A stretch of 64,000 nt of DNA from Nitrospirota bacterium (GCA_963701855.1 CAVPBK010000009.1:128001-192000); one strand, 5' to 3'. Numbered from the stretch's first letter, positions 9,734-20,377 are shown. Program-made: numbers and translations. Notes: generated by a model not told the origin, from the letters alone.

Positions 9734-10483
9734 TCACTGCAGCACTTCGAGCTTCCCTTTTAGGCAAAGGACCGCTTTAGTATGAATCTGACACACGCGA
9801 GACTCTGTAACTTTGAGAATTTTACCGATTTCCTTCATGGTCAACTCTTCGTAGTAATACAGTGTGAGCACGAGCCGTTCCTTCTCCGCCAATTGCTGAA
9901 TTGCATCTGCCACCCGCTCACGTTCCCGATCATCGAGGATGATCGCAAGGGGGTCGGGGCGTTGCCTGTCGGCAAGCATATCGAGAATTTTCGGTCCATC
10001 CGGTTCATGCAGATTGATGTCGTCCAAGCTGACCAGGACGGCTCCTCGTGATCGCACAATGAAATCATCCAATTCCTCTAGAGACAGCTTCATTTCTGCT
10101 GCGACTTCCTCATCTGCTGGAGGACGGCCGAGCCTGTTCAACAATTTGGTGTGCGTGCGCTGCAATAGTGAAACGCGCTCATGAACCGACCGAGGTATCC
10201 AATCCATCGAGCGAATTTCATCCAACATGGCGCCCCGAATGCGAAACTCCGCATAGGTTTTGAATTTCGCTTCCCGGCCGGGATCGTACTTATCCATCGC
10301 ATCCATCAAGCCAATGATGCCGACCGACATGAGATCGTCCGCATCCATATAGGCTGGGAGACGGTAGGCCAGACGATGGGCCATTGCCTTCACAATATGC
10401 GCAAACTCTTTGATGATCTGTTCGCGATGTGAGCCAGTTGCCGGAGATATCTGCAGGTTTTGTTGCGTCGCTAAGTTGTTCAT
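9734..10483 (-). CDS. fliA: RNA polymerase sigma factor FliA (sigma28)
   Basis: Motifs DDLMSVGIIGLMDA, FKTYAEFRIRGAMLDEIRSMDW and LYYYEELTMKEIG.ILKVTESRVCQIH. Confidence 0.98.
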   Translation of the reverse strand: MNNLATQQNLQISPATGSHREQIIKEFAHIVKAMAHRLAYRLPAYMDADDLMSVGIIGLMDAMDKYDPGREAKFKTYAEFRIRGAMLDEIRSMDWIPRSVHERVSLLQRTHTKLLNRLGRPPADEEVAAEMKLSLEELDDFIVRSRGAVLVSLDDINLHEPDGPKILDMLADRQRPDPLAIILDDRERERVADAIQQLAEKERLVLTLYYYEELTMKEIGKILKVTESRVCQIHTKAVLCLKGKLEVLQ

Positions 10484-10522
10484 AATCAGTGCGCCTCATA
10501 TCTCTGCATCAAATCGTGTCGC

Positions 10523-11383
10523 CTACGACATGGGGATCAATTGTTGCCACAGAAACTGCACTGTACTCTTCGGCAATTGAGGATCGGGCCACTCGGCGAT
10601 CTTTTTCGCCAACTGGACAAAGGCTCGGCTGGCTGGTGAACAGGGAAAGCGCTCCACCACTGCCTTCTGCTCGATAACGGCCATCGGCAGGTAATCGTCG
10701 AGGGGAATGAATCCCAGATACTCAAGGCTGATGTTCAGAAAACGCTCCGCGGCTACATCAAGCTTGCGGAATGTCTGAGTCGCTTCACGCTGACTTTTCA
10801 CCATGTTGACCAACACTTTGAATCGGCGTTCACGATGCTGCCGGCATAGCACCTTCATCAACGCATAGGCGTCGGTCAAGGAGGTCGGCTCCGGCGATAT
10901 AACAACGATGGTTTCCTGGGCTGCGGCGGCAAAATACGTGACATTGGGCGACACACCCGCTCCAGTGTCGATCAACAGCACCTCCACTGTGTCAGTCACC
11001 TGCTCTAATTCACTTTGAAGAATGAGTTGCTGCGAGTCGGTCAAGGAGGTGAGCTGCGGAAGCCCGGAGCCGGCTGGCAATACGTCGATTCCAGCCGGAC
11101 CTTGGATGATGATGTCGGACAAGCGATGCGATCCGGACAGCACATGCTCCAATGTATACCGAGGCACCAACCCCAAGAGCACATCGATATTGCCTAAGCC
11201 CAAGTCCGCATCCAGTACCAGCACTCGTTTTCCGGCTCGCGCCAACTCTACTGCAAGGTTGGCAACCACATTTGTTTTCCCCACCCCACCCTTACCGCTC
11301 GTCACGGTAATCACACGGGTGCAGAGGCTCCCTTGAGTTATTGTCGGCATCACTGCTTCTTGTTCATTCAACCTGTTCTTCAT
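10523..11383 (-). CDS. flhG: MinD-like flagellar number regulator FlhG/FleN
   Basis: Motifs TSGKGGVGKT, DADLGLGN, DTGAG and PEPTSLTDAYALMK. Lies between flhF and fliA. Confidence 0.96.
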   Translation of the reverse strand: MKNRLNEQEAVMPTITQGSLCTRVITVTSGKGGVGKTNVVANLAVELARAGKRVLVLDADLGLGNIDVLLGLVPRYTLEHVLSGSHRLSDIIIQGPAGIDVLPAGSGLPQLTSLTDSQQLILQSELEQVTDTVEVLLIDTGAGVSPNVTYFAAAAQETIVVISPEPTSLTDAYALMKVLCRQHRERRFKVLVNMVKSQREATQTFRKLDVAAERFLNISLEYLGFIPLDDYLPMAVIEQKAVVERFPCSPASRAFVQLAKKIAEWPDPQLPKSTVQFLWQQLIPMS

Positions 11384-12747
11384 GCGGAACCTCCCTGTTG
11401 CGCTTGTTGTGGCGTCGTTCCGCCCATGGATAAGACCGAGTCGCCGCCGATGATGGACGAGAGGCCTGATGGTATGAACCGGGCTGAGCCCCTGTCGAGT
11501 AACAGGTTTGCCAGCCGTGCCGAGTTCGCCGGCTCGAAATCTTCCGGTACCCTCGGGCCATTGCTCCAGTACGACAGAGGCAATGCCGTCTGGCGCACCA
11601 GTTCGAGGAGATTGCCGTATTCCTCGGTCTCGTCCAGCTTGGTAAAGAGCAGACGCGAAGGGGCACAGACTTCATAACGCGCCACGGTGCGCCTGAGATC
11701 CTGCATCCGTGTGGTGGCAGACAGGACCAGATGCGTCTCAATCGATCCATGCGAGTCTTTGAGGCCGGCAAGATTCATAAGCTGCGCCGTCTCATGGGGA
11801 CCGTACCCTGGCGTGTCGATCATGATCAGGCTTGCCTGGCGATGACGGCGGATGCCTTCGAGTACATCAGCCGTGGTCTGAGCCGTTTCGAGTGGAACTC
11901 CCAAAGCCTTTGCATACAGGCGAAGGTGCTCGACGGCAGCCATGCGGCAGGTATCGAGCGTGATCAGGACAATCGATCTGTTTTCTTGAAGTCGATAGTG
12001 GGCCGCGAGCTTGACGATTGCTGTCGTCTTCCCCGCCCCGCTCGGCCCGACAAACATGGCGACCTTGTAATCGTTCGCGGCATCCAACAAGGGTCCGCTG
12101 ACTCGGATCTGTTCCACGCAGAGAAGATGCAATGCATCCTGAATCTCGCTATCCGATTGGAGAGAACCCGGTGAAAGGCGGCGCCGAAGTACAAGACAAA
12201 GACCTTCAGCAGTCGAGGGTCGCAGCCCCTGCGCAACTAGAAGACGGCAGGCTCGCGCCAGTGGTGCGGGGAAGTTCGACCCTGCCATCTGCGATTCATC
12301 CGGCAACGAAGACGCGAGGAGCTGCTGCAGATCGAGAAGTTCGTTTTTGAGATGGCGAAAGCGCCACGGCGAAACTGATTGCGGCATTGACTTCACGGCC
12401 GGTGACGGAGCCCGAAGATTCTCTACCTCGAACTCCGATGCGCTATTGGCATGAAGCAATGCGCTCAATGTGTCTCGAAACGGAGGAGTGGGCTCTCGCT
12501 GACCCTCGACAGAAAGGGCGTCATCCTGCGTGGCCTGAGGAGTCGCCTGCTCAGCGGGCGCAGCATGGTCAGCGGTCGAATCGGTCGCAGCGGTTACCTC
12601 TAAGAGCGATCGCCCAAACAGCGAAAACGGCAAGCTCCCTCGCCGAACCCGCTTCGTTGAGAGAATGAGGGCGTCAGGTCCCAACTCTTCCTTGATGGCA
12701 CGGATGGCGTCATGCATGGTGTCGGCATGAAAAACTTTCATTTTCAT
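11380..12747 (-). CDS. flhF: SRP-family GTPase FlhF
   Basis: N-terminal A..AIKEELGPDALILS, plus GPSGAGKTT, DTPG and TKLDE motifs. Confidence 0.96.
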   Translation of the reverse strand: MKMKVFHADTMHDAIRAIKEELGPDALILSTKRVRRGSLPFSLFGRSLLEVTAATDSTADHAAPAEQATPQATQDDALSVEGQREPTPPFRDTLSALLHANSASEFEVENLRAPSPAVKSMPQSVSPWRFRHLKNELLDLQQLLASSLPDESQMAGSNFPAPLARACRLLVAQGLRPSTAEGLCLVLRRRLSPGSLQSDSEIQDALHLLCVEQIRVSGPLLDAANDYKVAMFVGPSGAGKTTAIVKLAAHYRLQENRSIVLITLDTCRMAAVEHLRLYAKALGVPLETAQTTADVLEGIRRHRQASLIMIDTPGYGPHETAQLMNLAGLKDSHGSIETHLVLSATTRMQDLRRTVARYEVCAPSRLLFTKLDETEEYGNLLELVRQTALPLSYWSNGPRVPEDFEPANSARLANLLLDRGSARFIPSGLSSIIGGDSVLSMGGTTPQQAQQGGSA

Positions 12748-12755
12748 AGATCACC

Positions 12756-14849
12756 TCAAGGTAGAAGACCTTCTCCATCCAGCCTAATGGTATCCAGCGA
12801 TTGGAGCCGGACCATCGAATCGAGTTCGTTGAATCCCACCACCGGCACGGCATGGAGTATCCGATCGGTCAATCGGCGGATATGGCGCCGGAGTGCCGGG
12901 GAACAGAGCAGCACCGGCTGATGGCCGCGCGCGGCGACACGTTCCACCGTCTGTTTCATCGTCGTCAACAATGTGTGGGAGAGACCGGGATCCAGATTCA
13001 GCATGCCCCCTTGCGGAACCGCAGCAGCCTGCTCGCTCAAGGACCGATCAAGCCGCGGATCGAGCGTGATTACAGGCAACGAGCCGTCCGGAGCTTGATA
13101 CTGCCGTATAATCGTCCGCCCCAACACCTGCCGTGCCAGTTCCGTGAGCAGCTCAGGATCTTTGGTAGTGCCCGCGTGGTCGGCCAGGGCTTCGATGATC
13201 GATCGAAGATCCCGGATCGGAATGCCTTCACGCAGCAAGTTGCCAAGGACACGAACGACCGTTCCAAGAGGCAGTAAGGTGGGAATCAGCTCTTCAACCA
13301 GTTTGGGATGGACTTTCGCCAACTCGTCGAGCAGCGATTGCACCTCCTGCCGGCCCAATAATTCATGCCCATGGCGTTTAATAATTTCAGATAAATGCGT
13401 AGCGATGGCCGAACTGGCATCTACGACAGTATAGCCGGCCAGTTGCGCTTGCTCGCGCGTGGCCTCCGTCACCCACAGCGCAGGCAACCCGAACGCCGGT
13501 TCCTTTGTGGCTACACCATGAATGATGCCCCGCTGGGCGGTTCCCGGATCGATGGCCAGCACGTGCGACGGCAACACGTCGGCCTTCGTCAACTCCACGC
13601 CTTTGAGCATGACGGCATACTCGTTGGGGCGTAGTTGGAGGTTGTCTCGAATATGAATGGGTGGCAGGAGAAACCCCATGGTATCCGCGAACTGTTTCCT
13701 AAGCCCCTTGATTCGGTCGAGTAACGCGGTTCCATGTTTGCCTTCCACTAACCCGATGAGTCCGTACCCTACCTGTACTTCCATCAAATCGAGCGGAGCC
13801 AGTTGTGGTGTAGTGCTTTCAACTTGTGGCGACGAGGAAACAGACGCCGGCTCGGTGGGTTTCTTCGCCTCCTGCGACAAACGGTAGGCAAACCAGGCCG
13901 CGCCAGCCCCCAACCCAAGAAACGCAAAATGGGGCAAGCCGGGGACAACGCCGAGTGCCAGCAAAATTCCAGCCGCTGTGCCGACGGCTTTGGGCGAGAA
14001 GAGCATCTGCCGTGTGATCTGAGATCCGAGATCGGCATCCGACGCAGCGCGAGTCACCACAATGCCAGCGGCCGTTGAGATAAACAACGCGGGAATCTGC
14101 GCGACCAGCCCTTCTCCGACCGTCAAGAGCGTATAGGTTTGCGCCGCCAATCCTGGGCTCATGCCCTGCTGTAAGATGCCGATCGTCAGTCCACCGATGA
14201 TGTTGACCAGGACAATGATGATCGCCGCCACGGCGTCTCCCCGAACAAACTTGCTGGCGCCGTCCATGGAACCGTAGAAATCGGCTTCTTCTGCGATTTC
14301 CCGCCGCCGCCGCCTTGCTTCCGTCTCGTTGATCAATCCGGCATTCAGATCGGCATCGATGCTCATCTGTTTGCCCGGCATCGCATCCAAGGTAAACCGC
14401 GCCGCCACTTCGGCGACTCGACCGGCGCCTTTGGTCACGACCACGAAGTTGATGACGACCAAGATTGAAAACACGACGAGACCGACCGTGTAGTTTCCAC
14501 CCACGACAAAGTTGCCGAATGCCCGAATCACCTCGCCCGCTGCGCCTGCGCCTTCATTGCCGTGCAGAAGAATCAGCCGTGTCGACGCAATGTTCAGAGA
14601 CAAGCGGAATAACGTCACGATCAGAAGAATAGAAGGAAAAGCCGAGAACTCGATCGGACGCCGGACTTGCAGCCCCACCAGTAAGATGATCACGGACAGT
14701 GTAATGTTGAAGGCAAGCAGGAGATCTAGGAAAAATCGGGGAAGCGGCAGGACCATCAGCATGATGACTCCCACCACGCCAAGCGATACGAGAATGTCCG
14801 GGTGTTTAATAAACGACGATGGGGACATTGTATTGGGTTCAGCCGCCAT
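12756..14849 (-). CDS. flhA: Flagellar export gate protein
   Basis: FHIPEP signature RVAEVAARFTLDAMPGKQMSIDADLNAG and FYGSMDGASKFVRGDA. Confidence 0.99.
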   Translation of the reverse strand: MAAEPNTMSPSSFIKHPDILVSLGVVGVIMLMVLPLPRFFLDLLLAFNITLSVIILLVGLQVRRPIEFSAFPSILLIVTLFRLSLNIASTRLILLHGNEGAGAAGEVIRAFGNFVVGGNYTVGLVVFSILVVINFVVVTKGAGRVAEVAARFTLDAMPGKQMSIDADLNAGLINETEARRRRREIAEEADFYGSMDGASKFVRGDAVAAIIIVLVNIIGGLTIGILQQGMSPGLAAQTYTLLTVGEGLVAQIPALFISTAAGIVVTRAASDADLGSQITRQMLFSPKAVGTAAGILLALGVVPGLPHFAFLGLGAGAAWFAYRLSQEAKKPTEPASVSSSPQVESTTPQLAPLDLMEVQVGYGLIGLVEGKHGTALLDRIKGLRKQFADTMGFLLPPIHIRDNLQLRPNEYAVMLKGVELTKADVLPSHVLAIDPGTAQRGIIHGVATKEPAFGLPALWVTEATREQAQLAGYTVVDASSAIATHLSEIIKRHGHELLGRQEVQSLLDELAKVHPKLVEELIPTLLPLGTVVRVLGNLLREGIPIRDLRSIIEALADHAGTTKDPELLTELARQVLGRTIIRQYQAPDGSLPVITLDPRLDRSLSEQAAAVPQGGMLNLDPGLSHTLLTTMKQTVERVAARGHQPVLLCSPALRRHIRRLTDRILHAVPVVGFNELDSMVRLQSLDTIRLDGEGLLP

Positions 14850-14863
14850 GATTTTCTTACCCC

Positions 14864-15952
14864 TTACCGGGCCACTCTTTCAGACGTGAGTCCTCGCGCA
14901 CGGAACACAAACGCAAGAATCTCCGCCACCGCACGGTAGAGATCGGCGGGGATTTCCTTTCCGATATCGACGAGTTTATAAAGTGTCCGAGCCACGAATT
15001 TGTTCTCGACGACGGCTACCCCGTGCTGCCTGGCCACTGCGCGAATCTGTTCTGCGATATGACCGGCGCCCTTCGCAACAACGATCGGAGCAGACATACG
15101 CGCCGTGTCATACTTGAGTGCGACGGCAAGGTGCGTCGGGTTCGTCACGACCACGTCCGCTTCCGGAACTGCCGCCATCATGCGTTTTCTCATCATGTCC
15201 CGCTGAACGCTTCGCACCCGGCTCTTGATCAACGGATCGCCTTCTGTGTCACGATGTTCTTCTCTTACCTCTTGAACGGTCATCCGCAAGGAACGCTCCC
15301 ACTCCCACCGTTGATAGAAAAAGTCTGCCACTGCCACCACGGAAATGGCCCCCGTGATCACGGCTGCGACTTTCAACGTCAGCCACCCCATGACCGTCAA
15401 GAGCCCCCATATGTCATAGTCCACCAACTCCGGAAGACGCGGAAGATCCTGCCAGAGTACAAAGGCGCCGACTCCGCCGATGATCGAAATTTTGAGCAAA
15501 GCTTTGATTAACTCCGAGACAGATCGGAGGCTCACGAGGCGGCCGAATCCCTTGATCGGATTCAACCGGCCGATGTCGAACGGGAGGGAGGACTTCCACA
15601 GCAACCCCGTCTGAGCGAGGGTGGCCGCGGCCCCAACGAGCGCCAACCCGCCAAGAAATGGCAGCATGAACACCAAGCTTGTGGAACTTACCTCAATCAG
15701 CAGAGAGTGAAGCTGGTCGATCGTCAAGCTGGCATGAACCACACGATCGAAGGATCTCGTGAGACCCAACCGGGTGGCATCGGTCAGCTGATGCATGCCC
15801 GGACCGGCAAATAGCGCCAACAACCCGATGCCGGCGAAGAGGAGGGCCGCGGTGGTCACATCTCGGCTCACCGCAATATTGCCATCCTTGCGGGCATCCG
15901 CTTTCCGTTTCTCTGTCGCCGGTTCAGTTTTGTTGTCGCGGTCTTCAGCCAT
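14864..15952 (-). CDS. flhB: Flagellar export switch protein
   Basis: Motifs KTEPATEKR and EGDP, with the NPTH autocleavage motif. Confidence 0.98.
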   Translation of the reverse strand: MAEDRDNKTEPATEKRKADARKDGNIAVSRDVTTAALLFAGIGLLALFAGPGMHQLTDATRLGLTRSFDRVVHASLTIDQLHSLLIEVSSTSLVFMLPFLGGLALVGAAATLAQTGLLWKSSLPFDIGRLNPIKGFGRLVSLRSVSELIKALLKISIIGGVGAFVLWQDLPRLPELVDYDIWGLLTVMGWLTLKVAAVITGAISVVAVADFFYQRWEWERSLRMTVQEVREEHRDTEGDPLIKSRVRSVQRDMMRKRMMAAVPEADVVVTNPTHLAVALKYDTARMSAPIVVAKGAGHIAEQIRAVARQHGVAVVENKFVARTLYKLVDIGKEIPADLYRAVAEILAFVFRARGLTSERVAR

Positions 15953-16733
15953 GTCCAAGCGCCCTTAAAAGCCTTTCGATCGTGTCGTGCAATCCCATAA
16001 ATTCCCGTTCAAGCAGCGAGACGGTGTAGGGCAACGCCAGACCTAAGACCAGCAGTCCACCCGCGATCGTTAGGGGAAAGCTCAATACAAAGACATTGAT
16101 CTGCGCAACGGCTCGTCCCAACATGGCCAGCAAGAGATTCATGAGGATCATGGCTACGAGTACCGGCGCTGCCAGCTGCAAGGCAACCAGAAACATATGT
16201 TGAGACAGCTGGAGCACTTCCTCACCGAGAGCGGGAGAGAGCCTGGCTCCAAATGGCGGGATGGTGTCATAACTCGACACGATGGCAGCCACAACGATCA
16301 TGTGCGCATTCAGCGAAAGAAAAACCAGGGAAGCGATGATTCGAAAATACTCGCTGATCAACGACGAATGTTGTGAGGTCATGGGATCCAACAGCTGCAC
16401 CGCACCGAACCCGATCTGCATTCCAAGCATATCGCCGGCCACTTCGAACGATGCAAACAGCAATCGGACAGCCAGCCCAATCACCAGGCCGATGAGCAGT
16501 TCACTCGCAAGCCCGGCAGTCATTTCGATCGTGTTCTGTGACAACGGCGGAAGCCGAATGAGCGGCGTGAGGGCGATTCCCAATATCACGACAAGCGCGA
16601 TTTTGATTTGAACCGGAACCGTCCGCCCTCCCAACATCGGAAATGCCGCAACGATGCCTCCGATACGGGACACCAAAACCAGAAACGACTGGAATTCCGG
16701 CAAGAGAAGATGAAGTGATGGCACCGTACTCAT
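15945..16733 (-). CDS. fliR: Flagellar export protein FliR
   Basis: Polytopic membrane protein with ELLIGLVIG, AG..LG.QIGFG and GRAVAQINVFVLSFP. Confidence 0.95.
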   Translation of the reverse strand: MSTVPSLHLLLPEFQSFLVLVSRIGGIVAAFPMLGGRTVPVQIKIALVVILGIALTPLIRLPPLSQNTIEMTAGLASELLIGLVIGLAVRLLFASFEVAGDMLGMQIGFGAVQLLDPMTSQHSSLISEYFRIIASLVFLSLNAHMIVVAAIVSSYDTIPPFGARLSPALGEEVLQLSQHMFLVALQLAAPVLVAMILMNLLLAMLGRAVAQINVFVLSFPLTIAGGLLVLGLALPYTVSLLEREFMGLHDTIERLLRALGHG

Positions 16734-16766
16734 AATTCTTTTGTGATTGAACGCATCAAGACCGAA

Positions 16767-17036
16767 TCACTGCGCATAGTTGGGAATATTCAAGAATAGC
16801 TGCGTCATAAATGACGTGAGCACGCCCAACATCCAGGGCAGAAACATAAGAATCACGGCGAATACGGCCACCACTTTCGGCACGAACGTCAGCGTCGCTT
16901 CGTTCAATTGCGTCATGGCCTGCAGCACACTGACAGCAAGCCCCACGACTAGGGCAAGTCCCAGGATTGGCGCAGACACAATCAGCGTGGTTTCAATGGC
17001 CTGACGTCCAATCTCTGTAACCATCTCAGGTGTCAT
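16767..17036 (-). CDS. fliQ: Flagellar export protein FliQ
   Basis: Motif GL.VSVLQA.TQLNEATLTFVPK. Confidence 0.97.
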   Translation of the reverse strand: MTPEMVTEIGRQAIETTLIVSAPILGLALVVGLAVSVLQAMTQLNEATLTFVPKVVAVFAVILMFLPWMLGVLTSFMTQLFLNIPNYAQ

Positions 17037-17058
17037 ACATACCTCCACCCATCACTGT

Positions 17059-17862
17059 TCATTGAAAGCTTTTCACCAGCGACCCAACGACTAAATTCCA
17101 CCCATCGGCCAGCACAAAGAGAATGAGTTTGAATGGGAGCGAAATCATGGCTGGGGGCAAGAGCATCATCCCCATGGACATCAACACGCTGGCCACCACC
17201 ATGTCGACTATCAGAAACGGAATATAGATGAGAAACCCGATCTGAAACGCGACTCGCAATTCGCTCAAGATATAGGCGGGAATCACCACATGAATAGGAA
17301 CCTGATCGACCGTTTCTGGTTTAGGCCGCTTGCTCAGATCAATAAAAAGTTCGAGATCTTTGTCGCGTACCTGTTTCAACATAAATGCGCGAATCGGCTG
17401 AATACCCTTTCTCCAGGCTTCCTCGTGAGAGATCTGTTCCGCAAGCAGTGGCTGGAGGGCTTGGCTATAGACGGCCTCCCCTACTGGAGCCATCACAAAG
17501 ACCGTAATGAACAAGGCCAGGCTGATGATAACCTGATTGGGTGGCACCGACTGTGTCCCTAATGCCTGGCGGAGAAATGAGAGGACGATCACAACCCTCG
17601 TGAAGGACGTGACCATAATGAAAAATGCCGGCGCCAGGGAGAGGACCGTCAACAGGGCAAGAATTTGGAGAACGACGGCGGTCTGCTTGGGGCCCGTCTG
17701 GCCGAGGTCAATCGTGACAGAAGGATTGGCCCCGCCGATGGCATCCTGGGCCATTCCAAAAAACAAGCAGACCAAGGTGATCAGTAGGAGATGTCCGCGG
17801 TAGCCTTGTGACTGTCGCGCGGAAGACGCCGTCAGTGGGCATCCGCAGGCGTTAGCTGGCAT
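17059..17862 (-). CDS. fliP: Flagellar export protein FliP
   Basis: Motifs TSFTR..IVLSFLRQALGTQ.VPPNQ and MMLLPP.MISLPFKLILFVLADGW. Confidence 0.97.
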   Translation of the reverse strand: MPANACGCPLTASSARQSQGYRGHLLLITLVCLFFGMAQDAIGGANPSVTIDLGQTGPKQTAVVLQILALLTVLSLAPAFFIMVTSFTRVVIVLSFLRQALGTQSVPPNQVIISLALFITVFVMAPVGEAVYSQALQPLLAEQISHEEAWRKGIQPIRAFMLKQVRDKDLELFIDLSKRPKPETVDQVPIHVVIPAYILSELRVAFQIGFLIYIPFLIVDMVVASVLMSMGMMLLPPAMISLPFKLILFVLADGWNLVVGSLVKSFQ

Positions 17863-18250
17863 GGCCACCTCCAGTCTCTGCCATCCCGTCGCGCGCTGGA
17901 GCCTGAGGGTCAATGCGAGCTGACGGCCTGCCGGGCACGACCGACCGACAGGATGTCGCTGCGGACAGAAACTGCTGGACTCGTTCACGATCCGTGATGT
18001 GGGCGAGAGCCACCAGGTCCGTCGGCGTCATACCGACGATGAGGAACTCCCCTGCGACAGATACCAACGAAATGCTCTTGCGTGGTCCGATGTACCCGCT
18101 GCCGAGCACCTGGACAATCTGCGCAGACACAGGCACGCAAAATCGAGTGCCGGCAAATCGACGAATCAACATGACGAGCCCGCCGATGAGCGCGAGCACG
18201 AGGGCTAGAGCTGACGCCATTCGTATGAAACTGTCCCAAAAGTCGATCAC
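17852..18250 (-). CDS. fliO: Flagellar biosynthesis protein FliO
   Basis: N-terminal transmembrane helix, then IGPRKSISLVSVAGEFLIVGMT. Lies between fliN and fliP. Confidence 0.9.
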   Translation of the reverse strand: MIDFWDSFIRMASALALVLALIGGLVMLIRRFAGTRFCVPVSAQIVQVLGSGYIGPRKSISLVSVAGEFLIVGMTPTDLVALAHITDRERVQQFLSAATSCRSVVPGRPSARIDPQAPARDGMAETGGGHAS

Positions 18251-18267
18251 GTTGTCTCCGATCCTTC

Positions 18268-18352
18268 GTTTTGTTTATTTGGTTTGTCTCGTTTGTTTGG
18301 TTGAATCAGACCAATCAGATAGACAAAACAAACCAGAGCAACCAGACAGACC
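18268..18352. repeat. Degenerate 9-bp-period inverted array (AACCAGACA/AACCAGATA family)
   Basis: TTTGGTTTG-type units on the left face CCAGACAGA-type units on the right. Related arrays lie at about 24069-24128, 24911-24985 and 40070-40141. Confidence 0.7.
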
Positions 18353-18353
18353 C

Positions 18354-18728
18354 TTATGCGAGTTGCTGTACGCGTTCGGCCGCACTGATCACGTCGGTGA
18401 GGCGGATGCCGAATTTCTCATTCACCACGACGACTTCGCCCCGTGCCACCAGTTTATTGTTGACCAGTACTTCCATCGGTTCTCCCGCGAGCTTTTCAAG
18501 CTCGATTACCGATCCTTGCCCAAGCTGCAATAATTCTCTAATCACCATTTTTGCCGACCCGACCTGCACGGTCACCTGCATCGGAATGTCGAGGATAAAG
18601 TCTATATTCTTGGGCGCAGCGGCCACGGCTCCTCCGTCAAGCGATGGAAATGAGGCCGGAGCCACTGGAACAGAGGGCGCAGAGGTGGATGTCTTCGCTC
18701 CTGAATTTGCTACTTCATTGTCGGCCAT
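18354..18728 (-). CDS. fliN: Flagellar motor switch protein FliN
   Basis: Motifs IDFILDIPMQVTVQVG, LLQLGQGSVIELEKLAGEP and GEVVVVNEKFGIR. Confidence 0.98.
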   Translation of the reverse strand: MADNEVANSGAKTSTSAPSVPVAPASFPSLDGGAVAAAPKNIDFILDIPMQVTVQVGSAKMVIRELLQLGQGSVIELEKLAGEPMEVLVNNKLVARGEVVVVNEKFGIRLTDVISAAERVQQLA

Positions 18729-18757
18729 GGACTATTCTCCTCAGACATGTGCGTTGC

Positions 18758-19732
18758 TCACGCGATCACTTTTTCAATTCGACAAGCCTGGTTTCCCTTC
18801 GAGATGCCAGGGCTCCCTTGAAACTTCAAGTATCCTTCAATGAAACAATCGAGCGGATCACCAGGCCGTTGGTCTAACAGGATGAGATCTCCCGGAACGA
18901 AGTCCAACACGTCTCGCACCTTGACCGAGGCCGTTCCAAGTCGAATCGTCACAGCAAGCGGACACTCTTGTAATTTTTCATGAAACCTTGTTGCCCAACT
19001 TCCATCTTGCTCGACTTGATCCGAGACAATGCCCGAATAGAGTTTCTCCTTAATTGGCTCGAGCATCGAATAGGGATACACAAGAAAGAAGTCGCTGGTG
19101 GTCTCTCCAAATTGAACTTGGAGGGTAGTCACAAAGACGATTTCTGATGCGGTGACTACCATGGCAAACTGAGGATTGACTTCTGAACGGACCAGTACTG
19201 TTTTGACAGTGAGTGCGGCGCGCCAAGCTTTCTCCATCTCCTCAAACGCCACCTGCACGAGCTTCTTGATGATCCGTAGCTGAATCGGCGTGAAATCGCG
19301 GCCTTCTGGCTTGACATGTGTTTGCGCCTTCCCTCCGTAGAAATAGTCCACAATCAGGTAGACCAGAAACGCATTGACGACAAACAGACCATTCCCCCGC
19401 AGCGGGTCCATGCGAAACACGTTCAGCGAGGAGGGAATCGGAACGGTTTTCATGAACGCGCCGAACTTCATGATTTGCGTCCCGATAATATTAAACTCCA
19501 CCTTCGTATTCAGCAGCGCACTCCAGGACAAAGACAGGTGCCGTGTAAATCGGTCGGTAATCAGCTCGAGCGTCGGCATGCGCCCGCGAACAATACGTTC
19601 CTGATTGAAGAGGTCGTACTGCTTGACCCCGCCGGCTGCTTGCCCCTCTTCCTCTGCTTTGGTCTCTACCTCCCCGGAGACAACCCCTTTCAACAACGCA
19701 TCGATTTCGTCTTGTGAGAGTATTTTTTCCAT
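18758..19732 (-). CDS. fliM: Flagellar motor switch protein FliM
   Basis: N-terminal CheY-binding peptide MEKILSQDEIDALL, plus EGRDFT and a SpoA-like C-terminus. Confidence 0.97.
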   Translation of the reverse strand: MEKILSQDEIDALLKGVVSGEVETKAEEEGQAAGGVKQYDLFNQERIVRGRMPTLELITDRFTRHLSLSWSALLNTKVEFNIIGTQIMKFGAFMKTVPIPSSLNVFRMDPLRGNGLFVVNAFLVYLIVDYFYGGKAQTHVKPEGRDFTPIQLRIIKKLVQVAFEEMEKAWRAALTVKTVLVRSEVNPQFAMVVTASEIVFVTTLQVQFGETTSDFFLVYPYSMLEPIKEKLYSGIVSDQVEQDGSWATRFHEKLQECPLAVTIRLGTASVKVRDVLDFVPGDLILLDQRPGDPLDCFIEGYLKFQGSPGISKGNQACRIEKVIA

Positions 19733-19751
19733 CGTAATAAGCTGGTTCTGT

Positions 19752-20297
19752 TTATTGCACGACGAAGTCCGTGAAGTAGGCTGCGCGCACGCCAGGCTTG
19801 GGAAGAAGACTGTTAACTCGTTGGGTAATCTCATCGCGCAGCTGAAATTTACCCTGAGGAGTTCGGATCGATGCCGCATCCTTACTGGTCAGCAGCACAA
19901 GTATCGTGTCGCGCAACTGCGGGATGCGGCTGGTGAGTTCGGCCGAGGTATCCTGACTCTCGAGTTCCAATTTCACCGTCAGTTTCAGATAGCGCACCTC
20001 CGGCGTATCCGCTAAGTTGACAATGAAGGGGTCAACGTCGTAGATCGCGCCAGGAGCATTGGCTTTCGGAGCGTCATGTTTCGTTTCTACCTCCACATGC
20101 CCTGCCGCCTTCGCGGTCGTCGCCTCTACTTTCTGCTCGTCTCCCCCATGCCCTCCAGCCATAAACTTAAAGAGCGCGAACGCCCCTCCAAGGCCAAGCA
20201 CGAGTGTCCCCGCGACAATGATGATGACCATTTTCAGTGGAATCCCCGCCGCAACTGGCGCCGGTGCCGGCGGGGGCGTGCTTTCTGTCTCTGCCAT
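19752..20297 (-). CDS. fliL: Flagellar basal body-associated protein FliL
   Basis: Single transmembrane helix, then PFIVNLAD...RYLK, P.LRD.I..LL and YFTDFVVQ. Confidence 0.96.
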   Translation of the reverse strand: MAETESTPPPAPAPVAAGIPLKMVIIIVAGTLVLGLGGAFALFKFMAGGHGGDEQKVEATTAKAAGHVEVETKHDAPKANAPGAIYDVDPFIVNLADTPEVRYLKLTVKLELESQDTSAELTSRIPQLRDTILVLLTSKDAASIRTPQGKFQLRDEITQRVNSLLPKPGVRAAYFTDFVVQ

Positions 20298-20313
20298 ATA
20301 CACCTCCTAATAA

Positions 20314-20377
20314 CAGGATGCTAAAAAAGTCCGCCCGCTTTGTTCCCACATCGCTGACGGCCTTTTTGAGCATCCTG
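20314..20377. repeat. Internally deleted copy (64 bp) of the CAGGATGCT inverted-repeat element
   Basis: CAGGATGCTAAAAAAGT...CTTTTTGAGCATCCTG, immediately upstream of the fliL ribosome-binding site. Confidence 0.8.

Noticed and set aside
18271..18843. 190-aa plus-strand ORF with NQT repeats
   Set aside because: It is antisense to fliN and begins in the 9-bp repeat array, so it is a shadow ORF.
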